The notes: a model not told the origin generated them from the sequence alone. A DNA stretch of 64,000 bases from an uncultured Spirochaetota bacterium (GCA_963820525.1 CAWGAA010000001.1:2912001-2976000); one strand, 5' to 3'. Shown: positions 19,823-31,521, counted from the first letter of the stretch. Made by a program: numbers and translations.

Positions 19823-19919
19823 GGGAAGGGCTCGCCCCGGCCGGCGGCTTTGGGCCGTCTCGCGGCGGATGACGGCATGGCTTGCCCCCCTCATTCCCGT
19901 CTGCTACAATCCCCCAACC

Positions 19920-20369
19920 ATGACCGAGTTCCGCCTCATTTTCAGGTTCCTCGACCGTGACTTCCTTTTCAAGCTCATATTCATATTCCTGCTCTATTCC
20001 CTTGTTCCTCTCGCCGAGATCTTCCTCTTCCTCTACCTCGGGGACCTCGTGGGCAATTACCTGATCCTGGCAATAGCCGCCGTGACGGGGCTCATCGGGG
20101 TGCTTATCGCACTCCGGCAGGTGCGGATTACCCTGAGCGGGCTGAAGGCGAAGATCAGGCAGGGAGAGTATCCGGGCAAGGAGTTCGTGGATCTGGCTGG
20201 AATACTTGTGGGAAGCATATTCCTCCTCACGCCGGGCTTCATCACCGATTTTCTGGGTTTTCTTCTGCTGGTCCCGCCGATTCGAGAGGGCATCGGAAAG
20301 CTGATCGCGCGCAAGATGGATGGGAAACTGAAGGAGATCTACGAGTACCTTCGGCTTTACGACCTTTAG
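19920..20369 (+). CDS. fxsA: FxsA family membrane protein
   Basis: VPLAEI, LLTPGFITDFLG.LLLVP. Confidence 0.85.
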   Translation: MTEFRLIFRFLDRDFLFKLIFIFLLYSLVPLAEIFLFLYLGDLVGNYLILAIAAVTGLIGVLIALRQVRITLSGLKAKIRQGEYPGKEFVDLAGILVGSIFLLTPGFITDFLGFLLLVPPIREGIGKLIARKMDGKLKEIYEYLRLYDL

Positions 20370-20376
20370 AGGTCGA

Positions 20377-20483
20377 GCGGAGACGCGGCGGCAGCCGCGG
20401 ATACGCAGGACCAACCAGGCGGAGACGCGGCGGCAGCCGCGGATACGCAGGACCAACCAGGCGGAGACGCGGCGGCAGCCGCG
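20377..20483. repeat. 42 bp tandem repeat, about 2.5 copies, with internal hairpin
   Basis: GCGGAGACGCGGCGGCAGCCGCGGATACGCAGGACCAACCAG at 20377 and 20419; partial copy at 20461. Confidence 0.95.
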
Positions 20484-20498
20484 CAACCCCCGGGCGCG

Positions 20499-21251
20499 CT
20501 ACAATCCGAAGATCTTATAGATGAACAGAAGGAAGAAGTAGCGAAGGTAGCGGAAGCCGCTTAAAAGCCGCCACGGCCTGCGCCAGATTCCCGTCAGCCC
20601 TCCAAGCCCTATGGCGTGGAGCTTCCGCGAGGTCTGCCGCTCGCGGCCGGAAAAGATCTCGAAGCAGTTGCCCACCCACAGCGAGACGCCGGGATTGAAG
20701 TCCTTCTTGTGGCGGAGGATCCACTTCTCCTTGCCCGCCACTCCCTTGCCGACCAGAAGGAGGTTGGGCGAAGACTTCTTGATGGCCGTCACGATGTTGC
20801 CCTCGATTTCGCGGGGGAAGTAGCCGTAGAACCTGCCGACGACCCGAAGCCCGTGAAACGAGCCCATGAGGTTCTCTTCCGCGACCTCGAGGATATCCTT
20901 GCGGGAGCCCAGAAGGTATACGGAGCCCTTGATCCTCTCTATCAGGCTGAGCAGGCGGATGACGAACTCGAAGGGATTGAAGAGGCTGGGCCTTCCGGTC
21001 TTGAGGAAGCGCGCCCCGCTCGCCACCGCGAGCGAAACGGGGAGCACGAGCGCCGCTTCTCTCAGGCAACGGGCGAGCTCCGCGTCGCGGCGCGCCCGGA
21101 GCAGCCCATGGACGGAAAGAAAAAAGATCTGGTTGTGCTGGCCGTTTTCCATCAGCCCCTCGATAGCCTTGATGGCCATTTCGGGGTCCACCAGATCCAC
21201 GGGAACGCCCAGGACCTTGATCCTCTTCACCTTTGTTGCGACAGCGTCCAC
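20499..21251 (-). CDS. WecB/TagA/CpsF family glycosyltransferase
   Basis: KVLGVPVD, VYLLGS, VVG..YGYF, LLVGKG..EKWI. Confidence 0.85.
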   Translation of the reverse strand: MDAVATKVKRIKVLGVPVDLVDPEMAIKAIEGLMENGQHNQIFFLSVHGLLRARRDAELARCLREAALVLPVSLAVASGARFLKTGRPSLFNPFEFVIRLLSLIERIKGSVYLLGSRKDILEVAEENLMGSFHGLRVVGRFYGYFPREIEGNIVTAIKKSSPNLLLVGKGVAGKEKWILRHKKDFNPGVSLWVGNCFEIFSGRERQTSRKLHAIGLGGLTGIWRRPWRLLSGFRYLRYFFLLFIYKIFGL

Positions 21252-21910
21252 GTATCCCTCTCCCGCAGTAGAGTCTGCACGGCGGCGATCGCGAAGATGG
21301 CGGCCGTTTCCGTTCGAAGCACCGCGTCTCCCAGGAAAACGGGGATGAATCCCGAATCGTCCAGGAGCGCGGCCTCGGCTTTCGACAGGCCGCCCTCCGG
21401 ACCAATGAGCAGGCTTATCGTCGCCGATGGATCCACGCACGCGAGGGCGGAGTGGAGGAAGCCCTCGGAGGTTCTCTCCTGATGGAAGAACAGTCCCGCA
21501 TCGCGCTGCCCAGGCAGTTCCGCCGCCCGGGAGATCGGGCGCGGCTCTTCGATCGAGGGGAGCCGGGGATTTCCGCTCTGCTGGAGGGCCTCGCGAGCGA
21601 TGCGCCGCCAGCGCGCGAGCCTGCCTGCGGGGTCTTCGGGAACCGCCACGCAGTGCTCGCTTGCAATGGGCACGATCGCGGCTGCGCCCGCTTCCACCGC
21701 CTGCCGCACAATGAGATCCATTTTTCTTCCCTTTGGCAAGCACTGAAGGAGTTGGATCCGCGGGAGGCCCGGCAAAGGATCGCGCTCGGACGGCACGAGA
21801 GCGACCCGGCACGATGCGCGGCCGACTCCTTCGATCTTCATTGAAAACTTCGTTCCGGCAGCCGTGACGGCGGGAATCGTATCGCCCTCTCGCTTTCGAA
21901 GCACCCGCAT
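21227..21910 (-). CDS. rsmE: 16S rRNA m3U1498 methyltransferase, apparently 5'-truncated
   Basis: KGRKMDLIVRQAVEAG, REALQQSG, IGPEGGLS, LRTETAA. Confidence 0.9.
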   Translation of the reverse strand: MRVLRKREGDTIPAVTAAGTKFSMKIEGVGRASCRVALVPSERDPLPGLPRIQLLQCLPKGRKMDLIVRQAVEAGAAAIVPIASEHCVAVPEDPAGRLARWRRIAREALQQSGNPRLPSIEEPRPISRAAELPGQRDAGLFFHQERTSEGFLHSALACVDPSATISLLIGPEGGLSKAEAALLDDSGFIPVFLGDAVLRTETAAIFAIAAVQTLLRERDTWTLSQQR

Positions 21911-21940
21911 AAGGTAGTGGAAGCCTTCGCCGGAGGCGGC

Positions 21941-23347
21941 TTATTTCACGGTGATCTCCCCCGCACGCAGCGCCTTTACGGCCGCCTGGAGCACGATGTC
22001 GAAGTCGAGATCGTAGATCGGCGGATTGTTGTTGGTGCGGTTGGCTTCCTGGCGCACAAGGCGGCGCAGGTAGCGGTCGTCGAGGTTGATCCCCTTCTTG
22101 TGGAGGTCCGCGATGAAGAGCTGCACCTGGGAGTCCGTGGGCTGGGGGTTCGCCTTCACATAATCCGCGATGTACTTGCCGTTCAGGAGGTCCGTGAGGC
22201 TCTTCTCCTGCTCCGGGGTGAGCTTCGGCTCTTCGATGACGCGGTTGGGCGTTATCCCCTTCTTGTCGATATACTCCCCCGACGGCGTGTAGTAACGGGC
22301 GATCGTGAACTTATATTCGCCTCCCGTGTCCGCCACCCGGTGCACCTCCTGGATGGAGCCTTTCCCGTAGGTTGTGGATCCGAAGAGAACGGCTCTTCCG
22401 GTATCCTTGAGGGCCCCCGCCAGGATCTCGGAGGATGAAGCGGTTCCCTTGTCCACGAGCACGGCGATCGGGATTTTTTTATCCAGGATCACGTTTTTCG
22501 GGTCCGCGTAGTATGCGCGGTTCTCCGCGTCGCTTCGATCCGAGTGCGCCCCTACGATGAGCCCGCCGGGGATGAAGAAGTTCACGATCTCCATGCCGGC
22601 CTGAAGCGTGCCGCCGGGGTTCTCGCGCTCGTCGATGATGAGGGAGGAGAAGCCGCGGCTCGCGAAGTATTCAATTGCGTCCCGGACCCGATCCGGCGAA
22701 AGGGAGGTGAACTGGATGAGGCGCAGGTAGCCGATGTCGCTGCCGATCATGGCCCGTCTGACTGCGGGGACTTCGATCTGCTGGCGCTTGACCTTCGCCT
22801 CGAAGACCACCGACTCGCCCCGAAGCACCGTCAGGGTGACCTCGGAGCCCGTCTGGCCGCGGATCTTCTTCATGATGTCGTTGATCGAGTAGTCTGCCAT
22901 GGACTCCCCGTCCACCTTCGTGACGACATCGCCGGCGTTTATCCCCGCCCTGTAGGCGGGAGATCCCTCTATCGGGGAGACGACCTCGGCCCCCTTGTCA
23001 ACCTTGGAGATGACAAGACCGACGCCGCTGTACTTGCCCAGCGTCGTGTCGTCGAGCTGGCTCGTGTCTTCAGCCGGGAAATAGTCCGAATAGGGATCTT
23101 TCAAGGATTCCATCATGCCCTTGAGGGCCCCTTCCATCAGGGTCTTGGGCGTGGCTTTGTCCGCATCAACATAGTTATCGCGAACGATCCGGAATATGGA
23201 AGCAAAGCTGCCAAGGTACGCTTGAGTCTCGTCCTCGGGGCTTACCGCGAGCAGCCGGGGTGAAAAAGCGAACACGGCGAGCGCCGCGAGCAGGACGACC
23301 GTTATGGCAGCCCACACGATCCTTTCGCGATTACCTTTGTCGTTCAT
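21941..23347 (-). CDS. ctpA: S41A carboxyl-terminal processing protease
   Basis: N-terminal TM, LKDPYS, PDZ domain, DERENPGG, TASSSEI, TYGKGSIQ. Confidence 0.92.
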   Translation of the reverse strand: MNDKGNRERIVWAAITVVLLAALAVFAFSPRLLAVSPEDETQAYLGSFASIFRIVRDNYVDADKATPKTLMEGALKGMMESLKDPYSDYFPAEDTSQLDDTTLGKYSGVGLVISKVDKGAEVVSPIEGSPAYRAGINAGDVVTKVDGESMADYSINDIMKKIRGQTGSEVTLTVLRGESVVFEAKVKRQQIEVPAVRRAMIGSDIGYLRLIQFTSLSPDRVRDAIEYFASRGFSSLIIDERENPGGTLQAGMEIVNFFIPGGLIVGAHSDRSDAENRAYYADPKNVILDKKIPIAVLVDKGTASSSEILAGALKDTGRAVLFGSTTYGKGSIQEVHRVADTGGEYKFTIARYYTPSGEYIDKKGITPNRVIEEPKLTPEQEKSLTDLLNGKYIADYVKANPQPTDSQVQLFIADLHKKGINLDDRYLRRLVRQEANRTNNNPPIYDLDFDIVLQAAVKALRAGEITVK

Positions 23348-23502
23348 TCGAATCTCCTAGCGGTTTCATTCTACTTTCCCATCATCGTTTGTCAACGTCA
23401 CGCCGGCTCGCCAGGGCCCTTCCGGCGGCTTGCTCCAACCGTTCATGGCAATGCGTCGGCTTGACTCCCTTTTCCCCCCGCCGCTACACTCGGAAGGCGC
23501 GC

Positions 23503-23922
23503 ATGAAAGCCCGAAGAATCTTCGTATTTGCAGGCTCCCTGTGGGATCTCGCCCGGTTTTTCCTCGTCATCGTCGTGCTGGCCGCGCTGTTCGACGCCGC
23601 CGGCGGCTGGAGAGCCCTGATCGTGCCGTGGCTTCTCATTGCGGCTTCCGCGGGCCTTCCCCTTTGCATCGGGGGCTTCATGATCGCCCTCTTTCCCCAG
23701 CGCTATGCCCGCCTGGTAGTGCTGCTCCGGCTGGCGAAGATCTTCAATCTTTTTTCCCTGCTCCTGCTTCTGTTTTCAGGCATCCTCCCCGCGACCGCGC
23801 ATCTGGCGATCCTCCGCTTCGGCAAGCTGGCCTTGACGCAGGCTGCGGTGCTTCCGGCGATGATATTCCTGGATTTGCTTTTTTTCGCATTCCTCATATC
23901 ATTCAGGGGGGACGGCGACTGA
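23503..23922 (+). CDS. Small membrane protein
   Basis: 4 hydrophobic segments; abuts the next gene. Confidence 0.65.
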   Translation: MKARRIFVFAGSLWDLARFFLVIVVLAALFDAAGGWRALIVPWLLIAASAGLPLCIGGFMIALFPQRYARLVVLLRLAKIFNLFSLLLLLFSGILPATAHLAILRFGKLALTQAAVLPAMIFLDLLFFAFLISFRGDGD

Positions 23923-23923
23923 A

Positions 23924-25063
23924 ATGGTGATCATACCGATCGGCAGCGGAAAAGGCGGGGTGGGCAAGTCGCTCCTGGCCGCCAACCTCTCCATCGCGCT
24001 GGCCGAAGCGGGCAAGCGCGTCGTTCTCGTGGACCTGGATCTCGGCGCGTCCAACCTGCACACGATGCTGGGAATGCGCACGGTGAGCCAGGGGATAGGC
24101 ACCTACCTCAGCGCCCCCAACGCGAGCTTCTCCGACATCGTCCTTGCCACCGAGTACGAGGGGCTCTCCTTCATTCCCGGGGACACCGAGATCCCGGGAA
24201 TCGCCAATCTCAAGTCTCCCCAGAAGAGGAAGCTGGTGAGGAACCTCACCTCCCTCGACGCCGATTTCCTCGTCCTGGACCTCGGCGGAGGAACCAGCGC
24301 CAACACGCTCGACTTCTTCCTCCTTTCCCGGTCCGGGATCGTCATCACGACGCCCACCCTCACCGCCATCCTCAACGCGTACCTGTTCCTCAAGAACGCC
24401 ATATTCCGAATCATGTACTCCACCTTCCAGAAGGAGTCGCGCGCCTACCGGTACCTGGAGGAGCTGCGGAGGGAAGGAAGCGTTTTGCAGAAGGTCTATA
24501 TCCCCAAGATCCTCTCGCGCATCCGCAAGGAAGACCCGGAAAGCCATGCAAAGTTCACCGAGCTTGCCGGACACTTCAGGCCGCGCCTCGTTCTCAACAT
24601 GCTCGACGATCCGCGTGACGCGGAGAAGGCGGGCAAGCTCCGCCGCTCCACCCGCGAGTACCTCGACGTGGAGCTGGAGCACCTCGGGATCATCTACAGG
24701 GACGAGCTTCAGGACACGGCGCTCGGTTCCCGGCTTCCCATCATCCGCTACAAGCCTTCATCGGTGCTTTCCCAGGCAATCTACCGGATCGCGGAGAAAG
24801 TGCTCACCCTCCAGGACACGGAGACCCTGATGGACATCGAAGACATCGATGACACCTTCCAGGCCGCGGAGGTTGAGGCGGAGTCCGATTTCCAGACCAA
24901 GAGGCACAACCTTGAAGAGCTTCTCCAGTCCGGCGCCCTCAGCACGGGAGACCTCATCGAGACCATCCGGACGCAGAGCTTCGAGATCCAGACCCTGCGA
25001 CGGGAGAACCAGCTCCTAAAGACAAAGCTGGTGAAAGCGGTGGAGGACGGATTCACGGTCTGA
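23924..25063 (+). CDS. MinD/FlhG-like P-loop ATPase with C-terminal coiled coil
   Basis: SGKGGVGKS, DLDLGASNL. Confidence 0.85.
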   Translation: MVIIPIGSGKGGVGKSLLAANLSIALAEAGKRVVLVDLDLGASNLHTMLGMRTVSQGIGTYLSAPNASFSDIVLATEYEGLSFIPGDTEIPGIANLKSPQKRKLVRNLTSLDADFLVLDLGGGTSANTLDFFLLSRSGIVITTPTLTAILNAYLFLKNAIFRIMYSTFQKESRAYRYLEELRREGSVLQKVYIPKILSRIRKEDPESHAKFTELAGHFRPRLVLNMLDDPRDAEKAGKLRRSTREYLDVELEHLGIIYRDELQDTALGSRLPIIRYKPSSVLSQAIYRIAEKVLTLQDTETLMDIEDIDDTFQAAEVEAESDFQTKRHNLEELLQSGALSTGDLIETIRTQSFEIQTLRRENQLLKTKLVKAVEDGFTV

Positions 25064-25193
25064 AGCGGATGATCGCGCGCTCCGCTGCCTTCGCTTCCCG
25101 GCGTCGTTTTCGCTCTCTTGCAGGATGCACCCCCCTTCTTTATGCTATATCTATGGACGGCGGCCGGTGAACGGCCCTTTGTGATTTCATTCT

Positions 25194-28073
25194 ATGCCGG
25201 TGATCAAGGGGAACCTGAAGCTCGAAATCGACGAGTTGGGGCTCGAGGCCCGCGTCACTATCGTTCCCGACCCTGACGGGGCCGAGGTCTCGCCGGAGAC
25301 CGTCTCGAAACTCCTGGCCGAGAGGGGGATCCGTGAAGGCATCGTCAATGAGGAGATCGAGCGGGCCTTTCGGATCCTGGCCAGGAAGCGGGACCCTCTC
25401 ACCTTCTCGGCGGCCGCGGGTTCCCCGCCGGTAGCCGCGGAGCCAGGGCGCGTCGTGCTGGAGCCTAGCTCCCTCCCCGCCGAGCTCGCGGCCGTCGCGG
25501 ATCGGGTATTAGCCGCCGCGCCCCGGCCCCAAGTCTTTCCCCTGTCAGTCGCCGTGAAGGACGCCTCTCCCGAGGCGGGAACGAAGTCCTCCGTCAAAGG
25601 CGCCCAGATAGATCCCACGGTGTCCGAGATCGGATACGTGAAAAAAGGCGACCTTGTCGGAAGGGTGAGACCTGCCACCTTGGGAAAGAACGGCAGGAGC
25701 ATCTACGGCCGCATCGTGCCCTTCATCAGGTCCACGGAGGGGGAGTTCTTCCTCGGCGGCAACCTGCGCGTGGAGCAAAACAACGTCCTGGCCGGGATCT
25801 CCGGCTTCCTGCGGAGGGGCGTCAACTGGTGCGACGTGGTGCCCTACCAGCATCACGAGGTCACCCTCTACGTCGATGGAACCTCCTGTTATCTCTCGTT
25901 CGTGCCGGGAAAGGGTTCGCCCCCACCGAGCGCAAAAAGCGTCATTGAAGAGGCGGAAAGGCTCGGCATGAGAAGGGAAGCGCTCCTGCCCGAGGCTGCC
26001 ATCGACAAGATGCTCCGCGAAGCGGCAGCGGCGAACTCTTCCATTGAAAAGAAAACCATCGTCCCCAGCCAGGATGCCGCCGTTTCGGTGAGCGTAAGCC
26101 CCGACAAGCTGCGCGCGACCCTGATGCTGCGCAAGGGCAAGGGGAGCGGGAAGAAGCTCACCCTCGCCGAGATAGGAGAAGCGATCCGAAAGAGCGGAAT
26201 CAAGGGCTTCAATGGCGAGATCGTGAAGAAGGACATCCTCGGCTTTTACAACGGTCCCCAGATGGAGCTCGCCGACTACACCCTGCTGGTCGGTCAGCCC
26301 CCCGAGAAGGGTGATGACGGCAAGATCGAGTGGATGTGCGCGATGCTCAAGAAGGAGGATGCCGACCGCATCGTGCGATCATCCGGTGAGAACCCCGCCG
26401 GGATGGAGGAAATATCCTCCCTGGCGGAGTTCCCGCTGGAGAGTGTCGAATCCGTAGGACGCGTGGGGGAAGGCACCGAGATTCTGAAGGTGGTCCAACC
26501 GGGTCCCGGCAAACCGGGCGTGGATGTATTTCGAATCGGGATCCCCGGCATCAAGGGCGCAGAGCCTAAGGTGAAGCTCTTCGAGAACCTGCGCAGGAAA
26601 AAGGACGTCATCGTATCAGCCGTTGAAGGCATCGTGGAGAGGGGGACGCGGGACGGCGTTCTCCTGGTTCGCGCCCGCCCCCACAGAGATGCTGCGCTTG
26701 AGGTGGTGATATCGGAAGACCGCATGAAGGGCTTCCTGTCCTCCATGCCGGCCCAGGGAACGGGAAGGAAGCTCGGTCCCGACGAGGTCAAGGCATTGAT
26801 CGAGCAGGCAGGCATCGTTCAGGGCTTGAACAGCGAGGCCCTGCTCGATGTGCTGGACAGCGTCTCGAAGAACCTCGCCGTGGCAAACAAGCTTGTGGCG
26901 CAGGGAAAGCCGGCAAAGGGAACCGAGGAGAGGAAGGTGGTCTTCCACGCCCGCCTGGCGAGCGGCAGGCGCGTGCGGCTGATGGACGACGGCACGGCGG
27001 ACTTCAAGAACCAGGACACGATCACCCAGGTCTCCAGAGGCGAGCTCCTCGCGACTCTTCCACCCCCGGGGCAGGGCGTCGAAGACGGTTGGGACGTCAC
27101 GGGAAAGGTCATTTCCGCGGTAAGCCGCGAGGAGACCCCCGTCCTGGCCGGCCGGAACGTGCGCACCGAGGAACAGCCCGACGGCGGGGCGAAGTATTTT
27201 GCGGACGCGGACGGGGAGCTTTCCTTCGAACGCAACACCCTCGAGGTGAAGGAGCTTCATACGGTGGGAGGGGACGTGGATCTCACCACGGGCAACGTGA
27301 AGTTCAAGGGCAAGGTCCACGTGAAGGGCTCGGTCCTCTCCGGCTTCACGGTCGTTGCCGGCGACGATGCCGTGATCGACGAGGTGGTTCAGGCTTCCTT
27401 CGTCTCCAGCGATGGGGCGATCGCCGTGGGGCAGGGGATCAAGGGGGAAGGCCGCGCCGTGCTCCGCGCGCGAAAGCTCATCCGCGCCTCCTTCGCCGAA
27501 CAGGCGAACCTCCTGTCCATGGGGGACGTCCGGTTGAAGAGCGGCTGTCTGCGCTGCCAGATCAAGTGCAACGGGAAGCTCGTCCTGGAATCCGAAAAGG
27601 GAAACCTGATGGGCGGGAGGGCCAGGGCAAAGCTCGGGGCGAGCATCCAGAATCTCGGCTCTCCCGGCGGCGCGCGCACCGAGCTCTCCTTCGGCCAGGA
27701 TTACATCGTGAAGGACCAGATAGAAAAGGAAGAAAAGGAGCTGGAGATCCTCAAGCACCGCATTCTCGAGCTGGATATGAAGATGAAGAGGCTGGAGCGT
27801 TCCGGCGCGCACCAACGGCATGAGCTGGAGGAGACACGCGCGAAGAAGCTGGGCGGCCTCAAGGAGCTGGAGCAGCGCAGCCTTCGCCTTCTGGGCCTTC
27901 GCGACAGGTTCGAGGAGCACTTCCCCTCCGAGGTTGTGGTGCGTGGAACCATGTACCCCGGCGCCGTGGTGGAGAGCCACGGCCGGCTCTTCAAGGTGAA
28001 GGTTGAAAAGGCGAGGATCTCGCTGTCCTTCGATGCGACCTTCGGCCGCATCATAGAGAAACCGGCCAAGTAG
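25194..28073 (+). CDS. FapA/DUF342 family protein, long form
   Basis: Repeated VS.DK/RM.A.L N-terminal modules; VGGDVDLTTGNVKF.GKVHVKGSV beta-helix; C-terminal coiled coil. Confidence 0.8.
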   Translation: MPVIKGNLKLEIDELGLEARVTIVPDPDGAEVSPETVSKLLAERGIREGIVNEEIERAFRILARKRDPLTFSAAAGSPPVAAEPGRVVLEPSSLPAELAAVADRVLAAAPRPQVFPLSVAVKDASPEAGTKSSVKGAQIDPTVSEIGYVKKGDLVGRVRPATLGKNGRSIYGRIVPFIRSTEGEFFLGGNLRVEQNNVLAGISGFLRRGVNWCDVVPYQHHEVTLYVDGTSCYLSFVPGKGSPPPSAKSVIEEAERLGMRREALLPEAAIDKMLREAAAANSSIEKKTIVPSQDAAVSVSVSPDKLRATLMLRKGKGSGKKLTLAEIGEAIRKSGIKGFNGEIVKKDILGFYNGPQMELADYTLLVGQPPEKGDDGKIEWMCAMLKKEDADRIVRSSGENPAGMEEISSLAEFPLESVESVGRVGEGTEILKVVQPGPGKPGVDVFRIGIPGIKGAEPKVKLFENLRRKKDVIVSAVEGIVERGTRDGVLLVRARPHRDAALEVVISEDRMKGFLSSMPAQGTGRKLGPDEVKALIEQAGIVQGLNSEALLDVLDSVSKNLAVANKLVAQGKPAKGTEERKVVFHARLASGRRVRLMDDGTADFKNQDTITQVSRGELLATLPPPGQGVEDGWDVTGKVISAVSREETPVLAGRNVRTEEQPDGGAKYFADADGELSFERNTLEVKELHTVGGDVDLTTGNVKFKGKVHVKGSVLSGFTVVAGDDAVIDEVVQASFVSSDGAIAVGQGIKGEGRAVLRARKLIRASFAEQANLLSMGDVRLKSGCLRCQIKCNGKLVLESEKGNLMGGRARAKLGASIQNLGSPGGARTELSFGQDYIVKDQIEKEEKELEILKHRILELDMKMKRLERSGAHQRHELEETRAKKLGGLKELEQRSLRLLGLRDRFEEHFPSEVVVRGTMYPGAVVESHGRLFKVKVEKARISLSFDATFGRIIEKPAK

Positions 28074-28082
28074 GAGGCCCGC

Positions 28083-29114
28083 ATGCTCGGTTACATACCC
28101 TATCCCTCGTGGATCCATCCCGAGATCATCCCCGGTCTTGCCATCCCGCGGTGGTACGGGCTGATGTATCTCCTGGCGTTCCTGGTGGCGTACCTGCTGT
28201 TCATGCGCCAGCTCAAGGAAAAGGAGGAGAAGCCCAACAGGGACCTCGTCCTCGACATGTTCTTCTGGGGGGTCGTGGGGCTCCTGGTGGGCGCGCGTGC
28301 AGCGTTCGTCCTTATCTACGACACCTCGGGCCAGTTCCTCACCCATCCCTGGCAGATCTTTCTCCCCTTCACCTTCGCCAAAGGGAAGCTCGTATTCACC
28401 GGGCTTCAAGGCATGTCCTACCATGGAGGGCTCGTCGGGGTCATCGTTGCGCTGGTCATTTTCATGAAGGTGAGGAAGATCGATGCCCTGGAGTGGTCCG
28501 ACATGCTGGTGGCGGGAATCCCGCTGGGATACACCTTCGGAAGGCTGGGAAACTTCTTGAACGGCGAGCTCTACGGACGCATCACCCGCGCGGCCTGGGG
28601 AATGGTTTTTCCCGTGTCGAATCCCGACCAGCAGCTGTTCCCCGTCTCACTGGCGTGGGTGAGGGATTTTGCCTCTTCCATTGGGCTCCCCCTTCCCGCA
28701 TCGGGCACCGTGAATCTTCCCCGCTATCCATCCCAGCTCTACGAAGCCTTCTTCGAGGGGCTCGTCCTGTGGCTCATCCTCTGGTTCATCGTGAGAAAAA
28801 GAAAACCGTTCAAGGGGTTCGTCGTTGCCTGCTACATCCTGGGCTATGGGGTGTTTCGCTTCTTCATCGAGTACACGCGGGAGCCCGACTTCGGAATCGG
28901 TTACCCCATAACGCTCGTTCACCTCGACAATCCCCTATCCCAGTTCTCTGCCTTCAATTTCACGACGGGGCAGATCCTCTGTTTCATCATGATCGCGGCC
29001 GCCGTCGTCTGCTTCTTCGTTTTTCGTTCCCGGGCGGCCGCCCAGGCACCGCAGGCCGGAGAGCCTCACCCCAGCGGCCGAAAGCTCAGGAAGAAGCTGC
29101 GGAAGGGGATGTGA
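28083..29114 (+). CDS. lgt: Prolipoprotein diacylglyceryl transferase
   Basis: RWYGLMY, GMSYHGG, FGRLGNFLNGELYGR, PSQLYE. Confidence 0.96.
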   Translation: MLGYIPYPSWIHPEIIPGLAIPRWYGLMYLLAFLVAYLLFMRQLKEKEEKPNRDLVLDMFFWGVVGLLVGARAAFVLIYDTSGQFLTHPWQIFLPFTFAKGKLVFTGLQGMSYHGGLVGVIVALVIFMKVRKIDALEWSDMLVAGIPLGYTFGRLGNFLNGELYGRITRAAWGMVFPVSNPDQQLFPVSLAWVRDFASSIGLPLPASGTVNLPRYPSQLYEAFFEGLVLWLILWFIVRKRKPFKGFVVACYILGYGVFRFFIEYTREPDFGIGYPITLVHLDNPLSQFSAFNFTTGQILCFIMIAAAVVCFFVFRSRAAAQAPQAGEPHPSGRKLRKKLRKGM

Positions 29115-29139
29115 GCGGAACCGCGCGCGTTCTTGGTGA

Positions 29140-30405
<1,266 letters not shown>

Positions 30406-30434
30406 AGCGGGTAAAGGGCAAAGGGGGAGTTTCC

Positions 30435-31400
30435 GTGGCAAAGGCAGATCTGATCGGGGGAACGCTCTGGGAGCACTATTCGAACAAGGTCAATGACCGC
30501 ATGCTCCACCCCCGGCACCTGGGGGAGATCACCGCTTCGGAGGCGAAGCGCCGGGGGGCGAAGCTCGTCACGGCGGATTGGGGAGCCGAGGTGTGCGGTG
30601 ACGCCATCCGGGCCTTCTGGGCCGTGGATCCGAAGACCAATACAATCGTCGATGCGAAGTTCAAGACATTCGGCTGCGGTACGGCAATCGCTTCAAGCGA
30701 CATGATGTGCGAGATGATCATCGGAAAGACGGTGGACGAAGCGCTCAAGATAACGAACATCGACGTGGAAAGGTCGCTGCGCGACGAGGCGGCCACGGCG
30801 GCAATCCCGCCGCAGAAGATGCACTGCAGCGTCATGGCATACGACGTGATCAGGAAAGCCGCCTCGCTCTACAAGGGCGTGGACATGGAGAGCCTCGAGG
30901 AGGAGGACATCGTCTGCCAGTGCGCCCGGGTGAGCCTGCGCACAATCAAGGATGTCATCCGCATCAACGATCTGAAGACAGTCGAGGAGATCGCCAACTA
31001 CACCAAGGCGGGAGCCTTCTGCAAATCCTGCGTTCGCCCCGGAGGACACGAGGAGCGCAAGTACCACCTCGTGGACATCCTGCGCGACGTTCGCGCGGAG
31101 ATGGAGCGCGCGCGCCTGCGCGCCGGTCTCGAGCCGAAGAGCTTCGCGGCCATGAGCCTCATCCAGCGGCACAAGGCGGTCGAGAAGGTGCTGGATGAAA
31201 AGGTGAGACCGAGCCTGCTTCACGACGGCGGGAATATCGAAGTCGTGGACATGAAAGAAGCCGAGGGCGTCACCCAGGTCTTTATTCATTACCTGGGGGC
31301 ATGCAAGGGGTGCCCGAGCGCGACGATCGGGACGCTCGACTTCATCTCGGAGTTTCTCAAGAAAGAGCTGGACGAATCCATCCAGGTTCTGTCCGTTTAG
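30435..31400 (+). CDS. nifU: Three-domain NifU Fe-S scaffold
   Basis: CGD, FGCGTAIAS, KMHCS; BFD-like CQC..CKSC; Nfu domain GACKGC. Confidence 0.93.
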   Translation: MAKADLIGGTLWEHYSNKVNDRMLHPRHLGEITASEAKRRGAKLVTADWGAEVCGDAIRAFWAVDPKTNTIVDAKFKTFGCGTAIASSDMMCEMIIGKTVDEALKITNIDVERSLRDEAATAAIPPQKMHCSVMAYDVIRKAASLYKGVDMESLEEEDIVCQCARVSLRTIKDVIRINDLKTVEEIANYTKAGAFCKSCVRPGGHEERKYHLVDILRDVRAEMERARLRAGLEPKSFAAMSLIQRHKAVEKVLDEKVRPSLLHDGGNIEVVDMKEAEGVTQVFIHYLGACKGCPSATIGTLDFISEFLKKELDESIQVLSV

Positions 31401-31521
31401 CGCTCTCCCCGGCCGACCAACCGGATCCGTCCCGCAATCTTGCGCGCCCGCTCCTTGACAGATCCGCTGGATCACGCATTGTAGTGATAGTAAAAGAGTT
31501 CCGTCCGGATGAGGGTTTTGG

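Noticed and set aside
18200..19920. Sigma-54 promoters near the activator genes
   Set aside because: GGCA-like motifs seen lack the GG-N10-GC spacing.
20377..20483. Mini CRISPR array
   Set aside because: The would-be spacers are identical and only 19 bp; no cas genes or leader.
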